Below, piece by piece: positions 26,338-36,776 of a DNA stretch of 64,000 nt. Position 1 is the stretch's first letter; every line of letters begins with the position of its first letter. This stretch comes from an uncultured Lentibacter sp. (GTDB lineage Bacteria > Pseudomonadota > Alphaproteobacteria > Rhodobacterales > Rhodobacteraceae), in contig CANMGT010000010.1 in NCBI GenBank assembly GCA_947497495.1, forward strand, positions 9,689 through 73,688. Reading direction: 5' to 3'. The notes beneath the pieces were generated by a model. It did no database searches. It had not been told where the DNA came from and saw only the letters and a list, made by a program, of their open reading frames with translations. A program made the position numbers and the translations under genes.

Positions 26338-26868
26338 ATGAAAACCGTCAAAGACTATATCCGCACCATCGCCGACTTCCCGCATGAGGGGATCATGTTT
26401 CGCGATGTGACCACGCTGTTTTCTGATCCGCGCGGCTTTCGCATGGCGGTTGACCAGATGCTGCACCCCTATGCCGGCATGCAGATTGACAAGGTCGTCG
26501 GGCTTGAGGCGCGCGGTTTTATCCTTGGCGGAGCGATAGCGCATCAGCTCACACTTGGCTTCGTGCCGATCCGCAAGAAAGGCAAACTGCCGGGTGGGGT
26601 GATCTCGGAAGCCTATACGCTTGAATACGGCGAGGCGGTGATGGAGATCCACGACGACGCGATCCAGCCCGGTGAGAAAGTGCTGATCGTCGATGACCTG
26701 CTCGCAACCGGCGGCACCGCCGAGGCGGGCATCAAGCTGATCGAACGTCTTGGTGGCGAGATCATCGGATGCTCGTTTATCATCGACCTCCCCGAGCTTG
26801 GCGGGCGCAAGCGCATCGAAGATATGGGCATGGACGTGCAAGTCCTCTGCGAGTTTGACGGGCTCTAA
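26338..26868 (+). CDS. apt: Adenine phosphoribosyltransferase
   Basis: [38 protein letters not shown]. Confidence 0.96.
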   Translation: MKTVKDYIRTIADFPHEGIMFRDVTTLFSDPRGFRMAVDQMLHPYAGMQIDKVVGLEARGFILGGAIAHQLTLGFVPIRKKGKLPGGVISEAYTLEYGEAVMEIHDDAIQPGEKVLIVDDLLATGGTAEAGIKLIERLGGEIIGCSFIIDLPELGGRKRIEDMGMDVQVLCEFDGL

Positions 26869-27548
26869 GACGCTCGCGCGCTTTGCGTTGCCGCTCCCTC
26901 AAACCGAGGCAACGCCCAAACCAGATACAGCGATAGCCCCGCCGCAAAAAAGCACCAAACCGAGATGAAGGCATAGGCGAAGAACACGTAAGTCAGCAGA
27001 AGAGACAGGGTGATCATCACAGCGAAAAAACGTATGTAGCCGTTGCTCGACAAGGCCAGCGCGCTCACCACGATTATCGCGTAAAAGACCTTCAAAACCG
27101 CGCGGCTGATAAAGCCTTCGTAGATCAGAACAGTGTGGTATTCGAGCGAGCGCTGGACAACTTCGACTTCAAGCCCGCCGCGCTGGAACAATGCGGGCAG
27201 CAAGATAGACAGACCGTAAACAAAGCCAAGCATGGCCAAGCCGGCTAAAAACCGTTTGCGCTTCGGATCGGCTTCAAGGCGCCACACAGCGAAGGGCACA
27301 AAAGCCAGCCAGAAAAAATGCGAGAAGAACAGAAAGCCGCGCGAGGCCGCCGCCACAAGGCCTGTGTTGTCAGCTGCAAGGCCCAACCAGACAGCCCCCT
27401 CGAGGGCTTGCTGTAGACCGAAGGCCAAAGGAAAGGCTGCGAAAGGCACCGAGGCGGGCGCATGCCGGCGCGCTTTCGCGATGGTGAAAACCCCGATCGG
27501 CACCAGTACGCCAGAAAGCGCGAAACTTGCAGTTGCTGAAAAACACAT
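26865..27548 (-). CDS. Seven-TM membrane protein (DUF6629-like)
   Basis: [10 protein letters not shown]-terminus, [15 protein letters not shown]-terminal motif. Confidence 0.7.
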   Translation of the reverse strand: MCFSATASFALSGVLVPIGVFTIAKARRHAPASVPFAAFPLAFGLQQALEGAVWLGLAADNTGLVAAASRGFLFFSHFFWLAFVPFAVWRLEADPKRKRFLAGLAMLGFVYGLSILLPALFQRGGLEVEVVQRSLEYHTVLIYEGFISRAVLKVFYAIIVVSALALSSNGYIRFFAVMITLSLLLTYVFFAYAFISVWCFFAAGLSLYLVWALPRFEGAATQSARAS

Positions 27549-27642
27549 GCAACTTCTCCTTCACTGTTGTAGATTGTGAACAGTTTAGCGAAGCATGGCC
27601 GCACCCACCTTGCGTCAGATCATGGTTTGCTCGCAAGCCACA

Positions 27643-27732
27643 GCGCCTGTCAGCCTCCGGCGGCAGAGCCGCCTACGCACTTCTCGGCGCACCAAGTGCG
27701 CCTGTCAGCCTCCGGCGGCAGAGCCGCCTACG
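27643..27732. repeat. 35-bp perfect direct repeat duplicating the tldD 3' end
   Basis: GCGCCTGTCAGCCTCCGGCGGCAGAGCCGCCTACG at 27643-27677 and 27698-27732, 20-nt spacer. Confidence 0.9.
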
Positions 27733-29132
27733 GTCAACCCGCCTATCATAACTGTCGGTTGTCCAACGCCCACGGGGACCCACTGGCCCGCTTTGCCGCA
27801 GTTGCCCATGCCCGGGTCAAGCGCCATGTCGTTGCCGAGCGCACGGATGTTGTTAAGCGCTGTCGCCCCGTCGCCGATGAGCGTTGCGCCCTTTACGGGC
27901 TCCATGACTTTGCCGCCTCGCACGCGGTAGGCCTCAGTGCAGCTAAACACGAACTTGCCGTTGGTGATATCAACCTGCCCGCCGCCAAAGCCGACGGCCC
28001 AGATGCCGTCTTTCATGTCGGCAACAATGTCGTCGGGCGCAGTGTCGCCGCCCAGCATATAGGTGTTGGTCATCCGCGGCATCGGGGCGTGGGCATAACT
28101 TTCACGCCGTCCGTTGCCTGTAGGCTCAACGCCCATCAGCCGCGCATTCTGGCGGTCTTGCATATAGCCCACCAGAATACCGTCTTCGATCAGCACGTTC
28201 TTACCCGAAGGCGTGCCCTCGTCGTCAATCGTGATCGAGCCGCGCCTGTCGGGGATCGTCCCGTCATCCAGCACGGTGACGCCCTTTGAGGCGATGCGCT
28301 TACCCATCAACCCCGCGAAGGCCGAGCTTTCCTTGCGGTTGAAGTCGCCCTCAAGGCCATGCCCTATGGCTTCGTGCAGCAGGATGCCCGGCCAGCCCGG
28401 CCCAAGCACCACGTCGATTGCGCCTGCGGGGGCCGGGACGGCCTCAAGGTTAACAAGTGCCACGCGCAGGGCCTCGCGGGCTTTGTCTTGCCAGTCTTTG
28501 GCGTCCAGCAATGTGTCGAGCGCGATCCGCCCGCCGCCCCCTGCACTGCCGCTTTCGCGACGGCCATTCTGCTCGACGATAACGCCTACATTCAGCCGCA
28601 CCATCGGGCGCACATCGCGCAGGTGCGTGCCTTCGGGGCGCAGGATCTCGATTTCCTGATGGCTGGCCGATACCGAAGCCGTCACCTGAACCACACGCTT
28701 ATCAAGGCTGCGGGTGAAAGCGTCGATCTCGCCCAAGACGTCGAGTTTGTCGGCAAAGCTGGCGCTCGCGATCGGGTCGAGGTCAGTATAAAGCCGCTTG
28801 TTGGTGCCTGTCGGCGCATCCGCGAGGGTGCCCCCGCCCGCGCCAACAGCCAAACGCGCCGTTTCAACCGCGCGTTTGATGGCTTTCTCGCTGATTTCCG
28901 TGCTGTGGGCATATCCCGCGACATCATCGCGCACCGCCCGCAGCCCGAAACCTTGCGCTGAATCAAAACTGGCCGTCTTCACGCGCCCATCGTCAAACAC
29001 GAGTGATTCCGACTGGCTTCTTTCGAGGTATAACTCTCCATCATCCGCCCCCGCCACGGCTTCGCGCAGCAAATAAAGACTTTTTTCGAGGTCGAGTGTT
29101 GTTTCGAACGGGCGGAAAGGGGCGTTTTTCAT
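27705..29132 (-). CDS. tldD: Metalloprotease TldD
   Basis: GILLHEAIGHGLEGD zinc motif, PMPRMTNTY, CGKAGQWVPVGVGQPT. Confidence 0.95.
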   Translation of the reverse strand: MKNAPFRPFETTLDLEKSLYLLREAVAGADDGELYLERSQSESLVFDDGRVKTASFDSAQGFGLRAVRDDVAGYAHSTEISEKAIKRAVETARLAVGAGGGTLADAPTGTNKRLYTDLDPIASASFADKLDVLGEIDAFTRSLDKRVVQVTASVSASHQEIEILRPEGTHLRDVRPMVRLNVGVIVEQNGRRESGSAGGGGRIALDTLLDAKDWQDKAREALRVALVNLEAVPAPAGAIDVVLGPGWPGILLHEAIGHGLEGDFNRKESSAFAGLMGKRIASKGVTVLDDGTIPDRRGSITIDDEGTPSGKNVLIEDGILVGYMQDRQNARLMGVEPTGNGRRESYAHAPMPRMTNTYMLGGDTAPDDIVADMKDGIWAVGFGGGQVDITNGKFVFSCTEAYRVRGGKVMEPVKGATLIGDGATALNNIRALGNDMALDPGMGNCGKAGQWVPVGVGQPTVMIGGLTVGGSAAGG

Positions 29133-29173
29133 CTGTGTCCTTCAAGTCTTTGCCGACATTTTTCGCGTTTTTT

Positions 29174-29187
29174 TTGACATAGATCAA
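29174..29187. promoter_or_regulatory. FNR/FnrL-type box
   Basis: TTGAC-ATAG-ATCAA in the tldD/coxB divergent region. Confidence 0.7.
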
Positions 29188-29334
29188 AAAAGCGACGGTT
29201 TGACGCTAGTGAGAATGTTGTTTCTTAAGCAAGAATATGGTTTTTGGGTCAACAATAGGCAATGGGCAGAGACGTGAGTCTTTCGCTTCATCGCAATTAA
29301 CGTCGAAATAACACGCAACCGATCAGGGTGAACC

Positions 29335-30177
29335 ATGCGAATTCTCACTTCCCTTATGGCTGTTATGGCCTCCTTCACAGCGCTTCCAGCCCTCGCACAA
29401 GACGGTGTTGAACGCGTCGGCAAGCCAATTGACCGCCTCATGGGCTTTCAGCCCGCCGCCACAGAGCTGGCCCGCGACATTCACTTCCTGGACGGAATGA
29501 TCAACTGGATCATCGCAGCCATCTGCCTGCTGGTGATCGTGCTCGTCGGGATCATCATCGTGCGCTACAACCGCCGCGCCAACCCGACACCGGGCACATT
29601 CACGCACCACACAACGATCGAAGTCTTGTGGACACTGATTCCGGTTTTGATCCTTGTGTTCATCGGCGCGTTCTCGCTTCCGATCCTGTTCAAGCAACAA
29701 GAGATCCCCGAGGGCGACATTCACATCAAGGTGACAGGCTACCAGTGGTATTGGGGTTACGAGTACACAGACGAAGAGTTTGGCTTTGAAAGCTTCCTTG
29801 TCGCCCGCGACGAGCTTGGCGACTACGGCTATTCAGACGACGAATACCTGCTCGCCACCGACACGCGCGTGATCGTTCCTGTCAACAAAACCGTTGTCAT
29901 GACCGTGACAGCCGCTGACGTGATCCACTCGTGGACGATCCCCGCCTTTGGTGTGAAGCAAGACGCCGTTCCTGGCCGCCTCGCGCAGCTTTGGTTCAAG
30001 GCCGAGAAAGAAGGCCTCTACTTCGGCCAGTGCTCAGAGCTTTGCGGCAAAGACCACGCCTATATGCCGATCGCTGTGCAAGTTGTCAGCGAAGAGGCTT
30101 ACGCGACGTGGCTGACCGAAGCCAAAGAAGAGTATGCAGGTACGCCTGCCACCGTCACAGTCGCCTCGGCTGACTGA
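29335..30177 (+). CDS. coxB: Cytochrome c oxidase subunit II (aa3 type)
   Basis: [14 protein letters not shown] and CuA motif [12 protein letters not shown]. Confidence 0.97.
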   Translation: MRILTSLMAVMASFTALPALAQDGVERVGKPIDRLMGFQPAATELARDIHFLDGMINWIIAAICLLVIVLVGIIIVRYNRRANPTPGTFTHHTTIEVLWTLIPVLILVFIGAFSLPILFKQQEIPEGDIHIKVTGYQWYWGYEYTDEEFGFESFLVARDELGDYGYSDDEYLLATDTRVIVPVNKTVVMTVTAADVIHSWTIPAFGVKQDAVPGRLAQLWFKAEKEGLYFGQCSELCGKDHAYMPIAVQVVSEEAYATWLTEAKEEYAGTPATVTVASAD

Positions 30178-30233
30178 TCACGACATATGCAGGGCGGCAT
30201 CCTTCGCCCTGCAACACCAACTTGAGAACTGAC

Positions 30234-31175
30234 ATGAGCGATACCTCGATCAACACACGTGTTACAGAAGGCGACGCCAGCTTTGGCGATTACTTCGCGC
30301 TGCTCAAGCCGCGTGTAATGTCTTTGGTCGTGTTCACGGCTCTTGTAGGCCTCCTGGCCGCGCCGCAACCCGTTCACCCGCTGCTGGCGTTTGCCTCTGT
30401 TTTGTTTATCGCCATTGGCGGCGGCGCTTCCGGCGCGCTCAACATGTGGTGGGATGCCGATATCGACCGCATCATGCGGCGCACCCAGTCGCGCCCGATT
30501 CCGTCAGGCAAAGTTACCGAGCAGGAAGCCTTCGCCTTTGGCGCGTTCCTTTCGGTTTTCTCCGTAATCATGCTGGCGCTTGCGTCAAACTGGGTTGCGG
30601 CGGGCCTTCTGGCCTTCACCATCTTCTTTTACGTTGTTGTCTACTCGATGTGGCTCAAGCGCTCGACGCCGCAGAACATCGTGATCGGCGGCGCCGCAGG
30701 TGCGCTGCCTCCGATGATCGGCTGGGCCGTGGCCACAGGCGGCGTGAGCGTCGAAAGCGTGTTGATGTTCACCCTTATTTTTATGTGGACACCACCACAC
30801 TTCTGGGCGCTGGCACTGTTCATGAAGTCTGACTACCGCGATGCCGGTGTGCCGATGCTGACTGTCACACATGGCCGCAAAGCGACTCGCAAACACATCC
30901 TTGTCTATACTGTGCTTTTGGCCCCAATCGCCATTGGTGCTGGTTTCACAACCATCGGCGGGCCTGTTTATCTCGCGACATCTGTTCTGCTCAATCTGGG
31001 CTTTCTGAAAGGCGCTTACGACATCTTCAAACGCGACGAAACCCAAGCCGAAGCGGACGACTACAAAGTCGAGAAGCAGGTTTTCAAGTTTTCGCTGCTG
31101 TATCTCTTCGCGCATTTTGTTGCGATCCTTGTTGAGGCCTTTCTGGCAAACTACGGCATGGGAGGCTGGGCATGA
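30234..31175 (+). CDS. cyoE: Heme O synthase (protoheme IX farnesyltransferase)
   Basis: [42 protein letters not shown]. Confidence 0.95.
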   Translation: MSDTSINTRVTEGDASFGDYFALLKPRVMSLVVFTALVGLLAAPQPVHPLLAFASVLFIAIGGGASGALNMWWDADIDRIMRRTQSRPIPSGKVTEQEAFAFGAFLSVFSVIMLALASNWVAAGLLAFTIFFYVVVYSMWLKRSTPQNIVIGGAAGALPPMIGWAVATGGVSVESVLMFTLIFMWTPPHFWALALFMKSDYRDAGVPMLTVTHGRKATRKHILVYTVLLAPIAIGAGFTTIGGPVYLATSVLLNLGFLKGAYDIFKRDETQAEADDYKVEKQVFKFSLLYLFAHFVAILVEAFLANYGMGGWA

Positions 31176-31378
31176 GTATCCCGCGCGTTGAACACGAACT
31201 TCACAACCGTCGCAAAAGCCGCAACGTGGGCCTTGGCCTTGTGCTTGGCTCCTTTGTGCTGCTGGTGATGGGCATGACATACGTCAAGCTTACGGCCCAA
31301 AACGCCGCAATGGCCGAAGCGCGCGCAGCTGAGCAAGCCGCTGCTGCCGCTGCAACCCAATCAGGAGCATCCGATTGA
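31172..31378 (+). CDS. Small single-TM protein of the cox operon
   Basis: Overlaps both neighbours; [15 protein letters not shown] segment. Confidence 0.7.
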   Translation: MSIPRVEHELHNRRKSRNVGLGLVLGSFVLLVMGMTYVKLTAQNAAMAEARAAEQAAAAAATQSGASD

Positions 31379-31953
31379 TGGCGATGGAAGGTAAAAACAA
31401 AACCCTCGTCCAGACCGTGGGTGTTGTTGTGTTCATGGGGGCCCTCGCTTGGGCCTCGGTTCCGTTTTACGACTGGTTCTGCCGTGTGACAGGCTTTGGT
31501 GGCGTTACCGCAACAGCTGATGCTGGCAGCGACGTGATCCTGGATCAAACCATCAAGATCCGCTTTGACGCCTCAAAAGAGCGCGAAATGCCTTGGACCT
31601 TCAAGCCCATGCAGCGCGAAATGACAGTGCGCATCGGCGAGACGGGCCTCGCCTTCTACGAGGCCCACAACCCGACAGACCGGCCCATAGCAGGTTCGGC
31701 GGCTTACAACGTCACGCCCTACGAGGCTGGCGGCTTTTTCACCAAGATCGACTGCTTCTGCTTTGAAGAGCAGGTCTTGCAGCCGGGTGAGACAGTGCAA
31801 ATGCCTGTCACATTCTACGTTGACCCCGAAATCGTCACTGACCGTGATGCGAAATACGTCCACACGATCACGCTGGGCTATACTTTCTACGAAATCGACC
31901 TGCCCGAAGCGCATGCCGCTCTGGACACAGACACCAAAAACAACCTTAACTAA
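31378..31953 (+). CDS. ctaG: Cytochrome c oxidase assembly protein CtaG/Cox11
   Basis: VPFYDWFCRVTG and FTKIDCFCFEEQ copper motif. Confidence 0.95.
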   Translation: MAMEGKNKTLVQTVGVVVFMGALAWASVPFYDWFCRVTGFGGVTATADAGSDVILDQTIKIRFDASKEREMPWTFKPMQREMTVRIGETGLAFYEAHNPTDRPIAGSAAYNVTPYEAGGFFTKIDCFCFEEQVLQPGETVQMPVTFYVDPEIVTDRDAKYVHTITLGYTFYEIDLPEAHAALDTDTKNNLN

Positions 31954-31980
31954 AAACACTAGCCTCCAACGAGGGATATT

Positions 31981-32781
31981 ATGGCGCACGAAAAAAACCA
32001 CGACTATCACATTCTCGAACCCTCAGCATGGCCACTGCTTGGTGCGCTAGCGGGTTTCATCTTGCTTTTCGGCTCGGTGCTTTACTTCCATGACGTGACT
32101 TCGATCGTTATGATCGTTGGCTTCCTCTTCACGTTCTACGTGATGTTTGGCTGGTGGTCAGAAGTTGTCAAAGAGAGCAACATCGGCGATCACACACCTG
32201 TTGTTCAAATCGGCCTGCGCTATGGCGTTGTGTTGTTTATCATCTCGGAAGTCATGTTTTTCGCAGCATGGTTCTGGACGTTCTTCAAACACGCGCTTTA
32301 CCCGATGGGCCCTGAAAGCCCTGCCGTTGATGGCCAATGGCCACCCGCTGGCATCGAGACGTTTGATGCGTGGCACCTGCCGCTGATCAACACGCTGATC
32401 CTGCTTTGCTCGGGTGCAGCGGCCACATGGGCGCACCACGCTCTGGCGCACGAAAACAACCGCGAAGACATGAAGTGGGGCCTGATCATCGCTGTTGCCC
32501 TCGGTGTTATTTTCACAGGCTTCCAAGCCTATGAGTATAGCCACGCAGCCTTCGGCTTCGCAGGCAACATCTACGGTGCAACTTTCTTCATGGCGACAGG
32601 CTTCCACGGTTTTCACGTCTTGATCGGTACCATTTTCCTGCTGGTGTGCCTATTGCGCCTTCAAGCGGGCCACTTCACACCTGAAAGCCATGTCGGCTTC
32701 GAAGCTGCGGCTTGGTATTGGCACTTCGTTGACGTGGTCTGGCTCTTCTTGTTTGCAGCTGTCTACGTCTGGGGCGGCTAA
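31981..32781 (+). CDS. coxC: Cytochrome c oxidase subunit III
   Basis: [29 protein letters not shown]. Confidence 0.97.
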   Translation: MAHEKNHDYHILEPSAWPLLGALAGFILLFGSVLYFHDVTSIVMIVGFLFTFYVMFGWWSEVVKESNIGDHTPVVQIGLRYGVVLFIISEVMFFAAWFWTFFKHALYPMGPESPAVDGQWPPAGIETFDAWHLPLINTLILLCSGAAATWAHHALAHENNREDMKWGLIIAVALGVIFTGFQAYEYSHAAFGFAGNIYGATFFMATGFHGFHVLIGTIFLLVCLLRLQAGHFTPESHVGFEAAAWYWHFVDVVWLFLFAAVYVWGG

Positions 32782-32804
32782 GCTTACCCAACCAAGTTAG
32801 CAAG

Positions 32805-32831
32805 CGCCCCGCGACACTCGTGGGGCGTTTT
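32805..32831 (+). terminator. Rho-independent terminator after coxC
   Basis: CGCCCCGCGA-CAC-TCGTGGGGCG hairpin followed by TTTT. Confidence 0.75.
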
Positions 32832-32866
32832 GCGTTTATTCCCTTGCTCACATCCTAAGGCAACCT

Positions 32867-33538
32867 ATGCGCCGCAACCTGCCCTTCCTTGTCTCCACAG
32901 TCCTCGTGCTGACACTGCTGATTTCGCTTGGCAACTGGCAGGTGCGGCGACAGGCCGAGAAGCACGCCTATATCGCCGCGATTGAAGACAAACTCAAAGC
33001 CGCACCCACTAAAGTGCCGGTCAGAACGGATGCAGGAAACGACCAGTTCCTCGCGGTCAAAGCTACCGGCGCGTTTGTCGGGCCTGAGGTTCACGTGCTC
33101 GTTTCCACCCGCGACTATGGCGCTGGCTATCGCATCATTCAGGCCTTTGAAGCCGACGGGCGGCGCGTCTTGGTTGATCGCGGCTATATCCGCCTTGAAA
33201 GCAAAGATATCGCCCGCGCGGCTGGCAAAGCGCAGGTCATCGGCAACCTGCACTGGCCTGTCGAGCGCGACAGCTTTACGCCAGAGAATGATCTCGCGGC
33301 CAACATCTGGTATGCACGCGATGTGGCTACGCTCGCTAAGGCTCTCGGCACCGAGCCCGCGCTCATTATCGCCGCCAGAACCGAGCCGGACGACAGCACA
33401 ATTCTGCCGCTTCCCGTTGGCACAAGCGCCATTCCCAACCGCCACCTCGAATACATCATCACTTGGTATGGATTGGCGGCGGTATGGGTGCTAATGAGCC
33501 TGTATTTCCTCTACCGACGTCCAAAGAAAGACACCTGA
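32867..33538 (+). CDS. SURF1 family cytochrome oxidase assembly protein
   Basis: LGNWQVRR, LVDRGYI, NRHLEYIITWYGLA. Confidence 0.93.
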   Translation: MRRNLPFLVSTVLVLTLLISLGNWQVRRQAEKHAYIAAIEDKLKAAPTKVPVRTDAGNDQFLAVKATGAFVGPEVHVLVSTRDYGAGYRIIQAFEADGRRVLVDRGYIRLESKDIARAAGKAQVIGNLHWPVERDSFTPENDLAANIWYARDVATLAKALGTEPALIIAARTEPDDSTILPLPVGTSAIPNRHLEYIITWYGLAAVWVLMSLYFLYRRPKKDT

Positions 33539-34926
33539 TGCGCTATATCTCGACCCGTGGAAAAGCCCCTGACCTCAGCTTTGAAGAGGCCATGCTAACA
33601 GGCCTTGCCCGTGATGGCGGGCTTTATTTGCCAGAGAGTATCCCGACGCTCAGCACCGCCGAGATCAAGGCACTGCACGGGATGTCCTATGAGGACGCGG
33701 CCTTTGCCGTCATGCGGCCGTTCATTGGCGATACGTTCACCGACAACGAGTTCAAAGAGCTGATCGCCAAGGCCTATGCGGGTTTTGGCCACAAGGCGCG
33801 CGCGCCGCTGGTGCAGCTTGAAAGCGGGCACTTCCTGCTCGAGCTGTTTCACGGCCCGACATTGGCCTTCAAAGACTTCGCCATGCAGCTCATCGGCCAG
33901 ATGTTCCAAGCCGCGCTGTCACGGTCCGGCAAGCGCGTCACCATCGTGGGTGCCACATCAGGCGACACAGGCTCAGCCGCGATCGAGGCCTTCCGCGGGC
34001 TTGATAACGTTGACGTTTTCATCCTCTATCCGCATGGCCGCGTCTCGGACGTGCAGCGCCGCCAGATGACGACACCCTCCGAGAGCAACGTGCACGCCCT
34101 CGCCATGACAGGTGACTTTGACGACTGCCAAGCGCGCGTCAAAGACATGTTCAACGACTTTGACTTCCGCGATGGGGTTGCGCTCGCTGGCGTTAACTCG
34201 ATCAACTGGGGCCGCGTGCTGGCGCAGGTTGTTTACTACTTCACATCGGCTGTGTCTTTGGGCGCGCCGGAGCGCAAGGTGAGCTTCACCGTGCCAACCG
34301 GCAACTTCGGCGACATCTTTGCTGGCTACATCGCCAAACAGATGGGCCTGCCGATCGACCGCCTCGTTGTGGCGACAAACCAGAACGACATCCTGCACCG
34401 CTGCCTCTCGACGTCCGACTATAAGCCTGACGGCGTTGTGCCTTCCATCAGCCCGTCGATGGACATTCAAGTCAGCTCGAACTTCGAGCGCGCACTGTTT
34501 GAGGCCTATGGCCGCGAAGGCGCACCCGTGGCGCAGCTGATGGACGAGCTCAAAGCAGGCGGTTTCGCTGTCAGCCAAGGCGCTTTGCAAGCCTTGCAGG
34601 AAAACTACGACTCTGGCCGTTGCTCGGAAGACGAAACCTCGGCGACCATTTCCAAAGTGCTTGCCGAGAGCACAGAGCTGCTCTGCCCGCATTCTGCAGT
34701 TGGTGCCAAAGTCGCCGCCGAGCACATGCTGGCCGATACGCCGATGATCACCCTCGCAACGGCGCACCCTGCCAAGTTCCCCGATGCTGTGGAAACCGCG
34801 ACAGGCATTCGTCCGCCACTTCCACCGCGCATGTCAGACTTGTTTGAGCGCGACGAGCGTGTCACCCGCGTCGAGAACGACCTCGCAGAAATTCAGGCCC
34901 TTATCAAAGATCGGATCCGCTCTTGA
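33538..34926 (+). CDS. thrC: Threonine synthase
   Basis: MRYISTRG, ELFHGPTLAFKD (PLP Lys), ATSGDTG, NSINWGR, PTGNFG. Confidence 0.97.
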   Translation: MRYISTRGKAPDLSFEEAMLTGLARDGGLYLPESIPTLSTAEIKALHGMSYEDAAFAVMRPFIGDTFTDNEFKELIAKAYAGFGHKARAPLVQLESGHFLLELFHGPTLAFKDFAMQLIGQMFQAALSRSGKRVTIVGATSGDTGSAAIEAFRGLDNVDVFILYPHGRVSDVQRRQMTTPSESNVHALAMTGDFDDCQARVKDMFNDFDFRDGVALAGVNSINWGRVLAQVVYYFTSAVSLGAPERKVSFTVPTGNFGDIFAGYIAKQMGLPIDRLVVATNQNDILHRCLSTSDYKPDGVVPSISPSMDIQVSSNFERALFEAYGREGAPVAQLMDELKAGGFAVSQGALQALQENYDSGRCSEDETSATISKVLAESTELLCPHSAVGAKVAAEHMLADTPMITLATAHPAKFPDAVETATGIRPPLPPRMSDLFERDERVTRVENDLAEIQALIKDRIRS

Positions 34927-36185
34927 GCATCCAGACACACACGCTGCCCAACGGCTTTCGCATCGTCACCGAACATATGCCGGGCCTTCAGTCGGCCTCT
35001 GTCGGTGTTTGGGTGACAGCAGGCGGGCGCAACGAGCGCGCCGAGCAGAACGGCATCGCGCATTTCCTTGAGCACATGGCCTTCAAAGGAACCGAGAAGC
35101 GCAGTTCTTTGCAGATCGCCGAGGTGATCGAGAATGTTGGCGGCTATATCAATGCCTACACCAGCCGCGAAACCACAGCCTACTATGCGCGCGTTCTGGC
35201 GGGCGATGTAGAACTGGCGGTTGATGTCATCGCCGACATCCTGCTCAACCCGCTGTTTGAGCAAAAAGAGATCGACGTCGAGCGCGGCGTAATTCTGCAA
35301 GAGATCGGCCAAGCGCTTGATACGCCCGATGATGTGATCTTTGACTGGCTTCAGGAAGAGGCCTACCCGAACCAGCCCCTGGGCCGCACGATCCTTGGGC
35401 CTGCCCAGCGCATCAAGAGTTTTTCGCAGGATGATCTGCGCGGCTTTGTCGCCGAGCACTACGGGCCAGAGAACATGATCCTCTCGGCAGCGGGTGGCGT
35501 CAGCCATGAAGACATCGTCGCGCAGGCCACAGCCCTGTTTGGCGGCATGACACAAGGCAACGCCCCAAGCGAAACGCCCGCGCTTTTCACAGGCGGTGAG
35601 CGGCGCGTTGTCAAAGACCTTGAGCAAGCCCACTTTGCGCTGGCCTTTGAAGGCCCGAATTACCGCGATGACGCGATCTTCACAGCCCAGATATACGCTT
35701 CCACACTTGGCGGCGGCATGTCGTCACGGCTGTTTCAGGAAGTGCGCGAGAAGCGCGGGCTTTGCTATACTATATTTGCTCAGGCGGGCGCCTATGCCGA
35801 CACCGGTATGATCACACTCTATGCGGGCACGTCAGGCGAACAACTCGGCGAGCTTGCACAGGTTTCGCTTGCAGAAATGGCACGCGCCGCCAGCGACATG
35901 AGCGCCGAAGAAGTGGCCCGCGCACGCGCGCAGATGAAGGCCGGAATGCTCATGGGCCTTGAGAGCCCATCAAACCGCGCCGAGCGGCTGGCCCGCATGA
36001 CGCAGATATGGGGCCGCGTACCTGATCTGGCCGAAGTCGTGCAAAAGATCGACGCGGTGACAACTGGCGACGTGCGCAGCTTTGCCAGCGATCTGCTGGA
36101 AATCTCGCCAACTGCGCTCGCCCTTTACGGGCCTGTCGACAAAGCGCCAACCCTCGCCGCCCTGCACCAAAGGCGCGCCGCCTGA
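34923..36185 (+). CDS. M16 family (pitrilysin/MPP-like) peptidase
   Basis: HFLEH inverted zinc motif; GGGMSSRLFQEVREKRGL. Confidence 0.93.
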   Translation: MSIQTHTLPNGFRIVTEHMPGLQSASVGVWVTAGGRNERAEQNGIAHFLEHMAFKGTEKRSSLQIAEVIENVGGYINAYTSRETTAYYARVLAGDVELAVDVIADILLNPLFEQKEIDVERGVILQEIGQALDTPDDVIFDWLQEEAYPNQPLGRTILGPAQRIKSFSQDDLRGFVAEHYGPENMILSAAGGVSHEDIVAQATALFGGMTQGNAPSETPALFTGGERRVVKDLEQAHFALAFEGPNYRDDAIFTAQIYASTLGGGMSSRLFQEVREKRGLCYTIFAQAGAYADTGMITLYAGTSGEQLGELAQVSLAEMARAASDMSAEEVARARAQMKAGMLMGLESPSNRAERLARMTQIWGRVPDLAEVVQKIDAVTTGDVRSFASDLLEISPTALALYGPVDKAPTLAALHQRRAA

Positions 36186-36772
36186 TGTTTGCGCGGGCGC
36201 ATAAGAAACTGCGGATCGAGACTGAACGCCTCACTCTGCGCGCGCCAACACATGCCGACTTTCACAGCTGGACAGCGCTGCGGCGCACCTCGGAGGGTTT
36301 CCTCACCCCGTGGGAGCCCGCCTGGGCCGATGACCACCTGTCGCGCCGCAGCTTCACCAACCGTGTCTACTGGGCGCAACGGGCCATGTCGGGCGACACG
36401 GCTGTGCCCTTGTTCATCTTTCGCCGCGAAGACGCGCAACTCGTAGGCGCCATAACGCTCGACAACATCCGCCGCGGCCCCGCCCAATCGGCAACTGTCG
36501 GCTACTGGACAGGGCAAAGCCACGCCCGCCAGGGATTTATGCGCGAGGCCCTTATGGCCATGGTTCACCACGCCTTTCACGTGATGGACCTGAGCCGCAT
36601 CGAGGCCGCCTGCCTGCCCGAAAACACCGCTTCACGCGGGCTGCTCGAACGCTCCGGTTTCAAGTATGAAGGCGTCGCGCAGAGCTACTTGCAGATCGAC
36701 GGGCGCTGGCGCAACCACGTGCTTTATTCTGCCCTACGGATGGACAGGCGCGGTAAAACCGAGGCAGGCTAG
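36185..36772 (+). CDS. rimJ: RimJ/RimL family GNAT acetyltransferase
   Basis: IETERLTLR, VGYWTG, N.ASRGLLERSGF, DGRWRNHVLY. Confidence 0.8.
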   Translation: MFARAHKKLRIETERLTLRAPTHADFHSWTALRRTSEGFLTPWEPAWADDHLSRRSFTNRVYWAQRAMSGDTAVPLFIFRREDAQLVGAITLDNIRRGPAQSATVGYWTGQSHARQGFMREALMAMVHHAFHVMDLSRIEAACLPENTASRGLLERSGFKYEGVAQSYLQIDGRWRNHVLYSALRMDRRGKTEAG

Positions 36773-36776
36773 GCAC

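Noticed and set aside
27643-27732. Mini CRISPR array
   Set aside because: Only two repeats, a 20-nt spacer, one copy is coding sequence of tldD, and no cas genes.
29335-36772. cox operon lacking subunit I and fused to thrC, M16 peptidase and rimJ
   Set aside because: This is the usual arrangement in this lineage, with coxA/ctaD encoded elsewhere; not novel.
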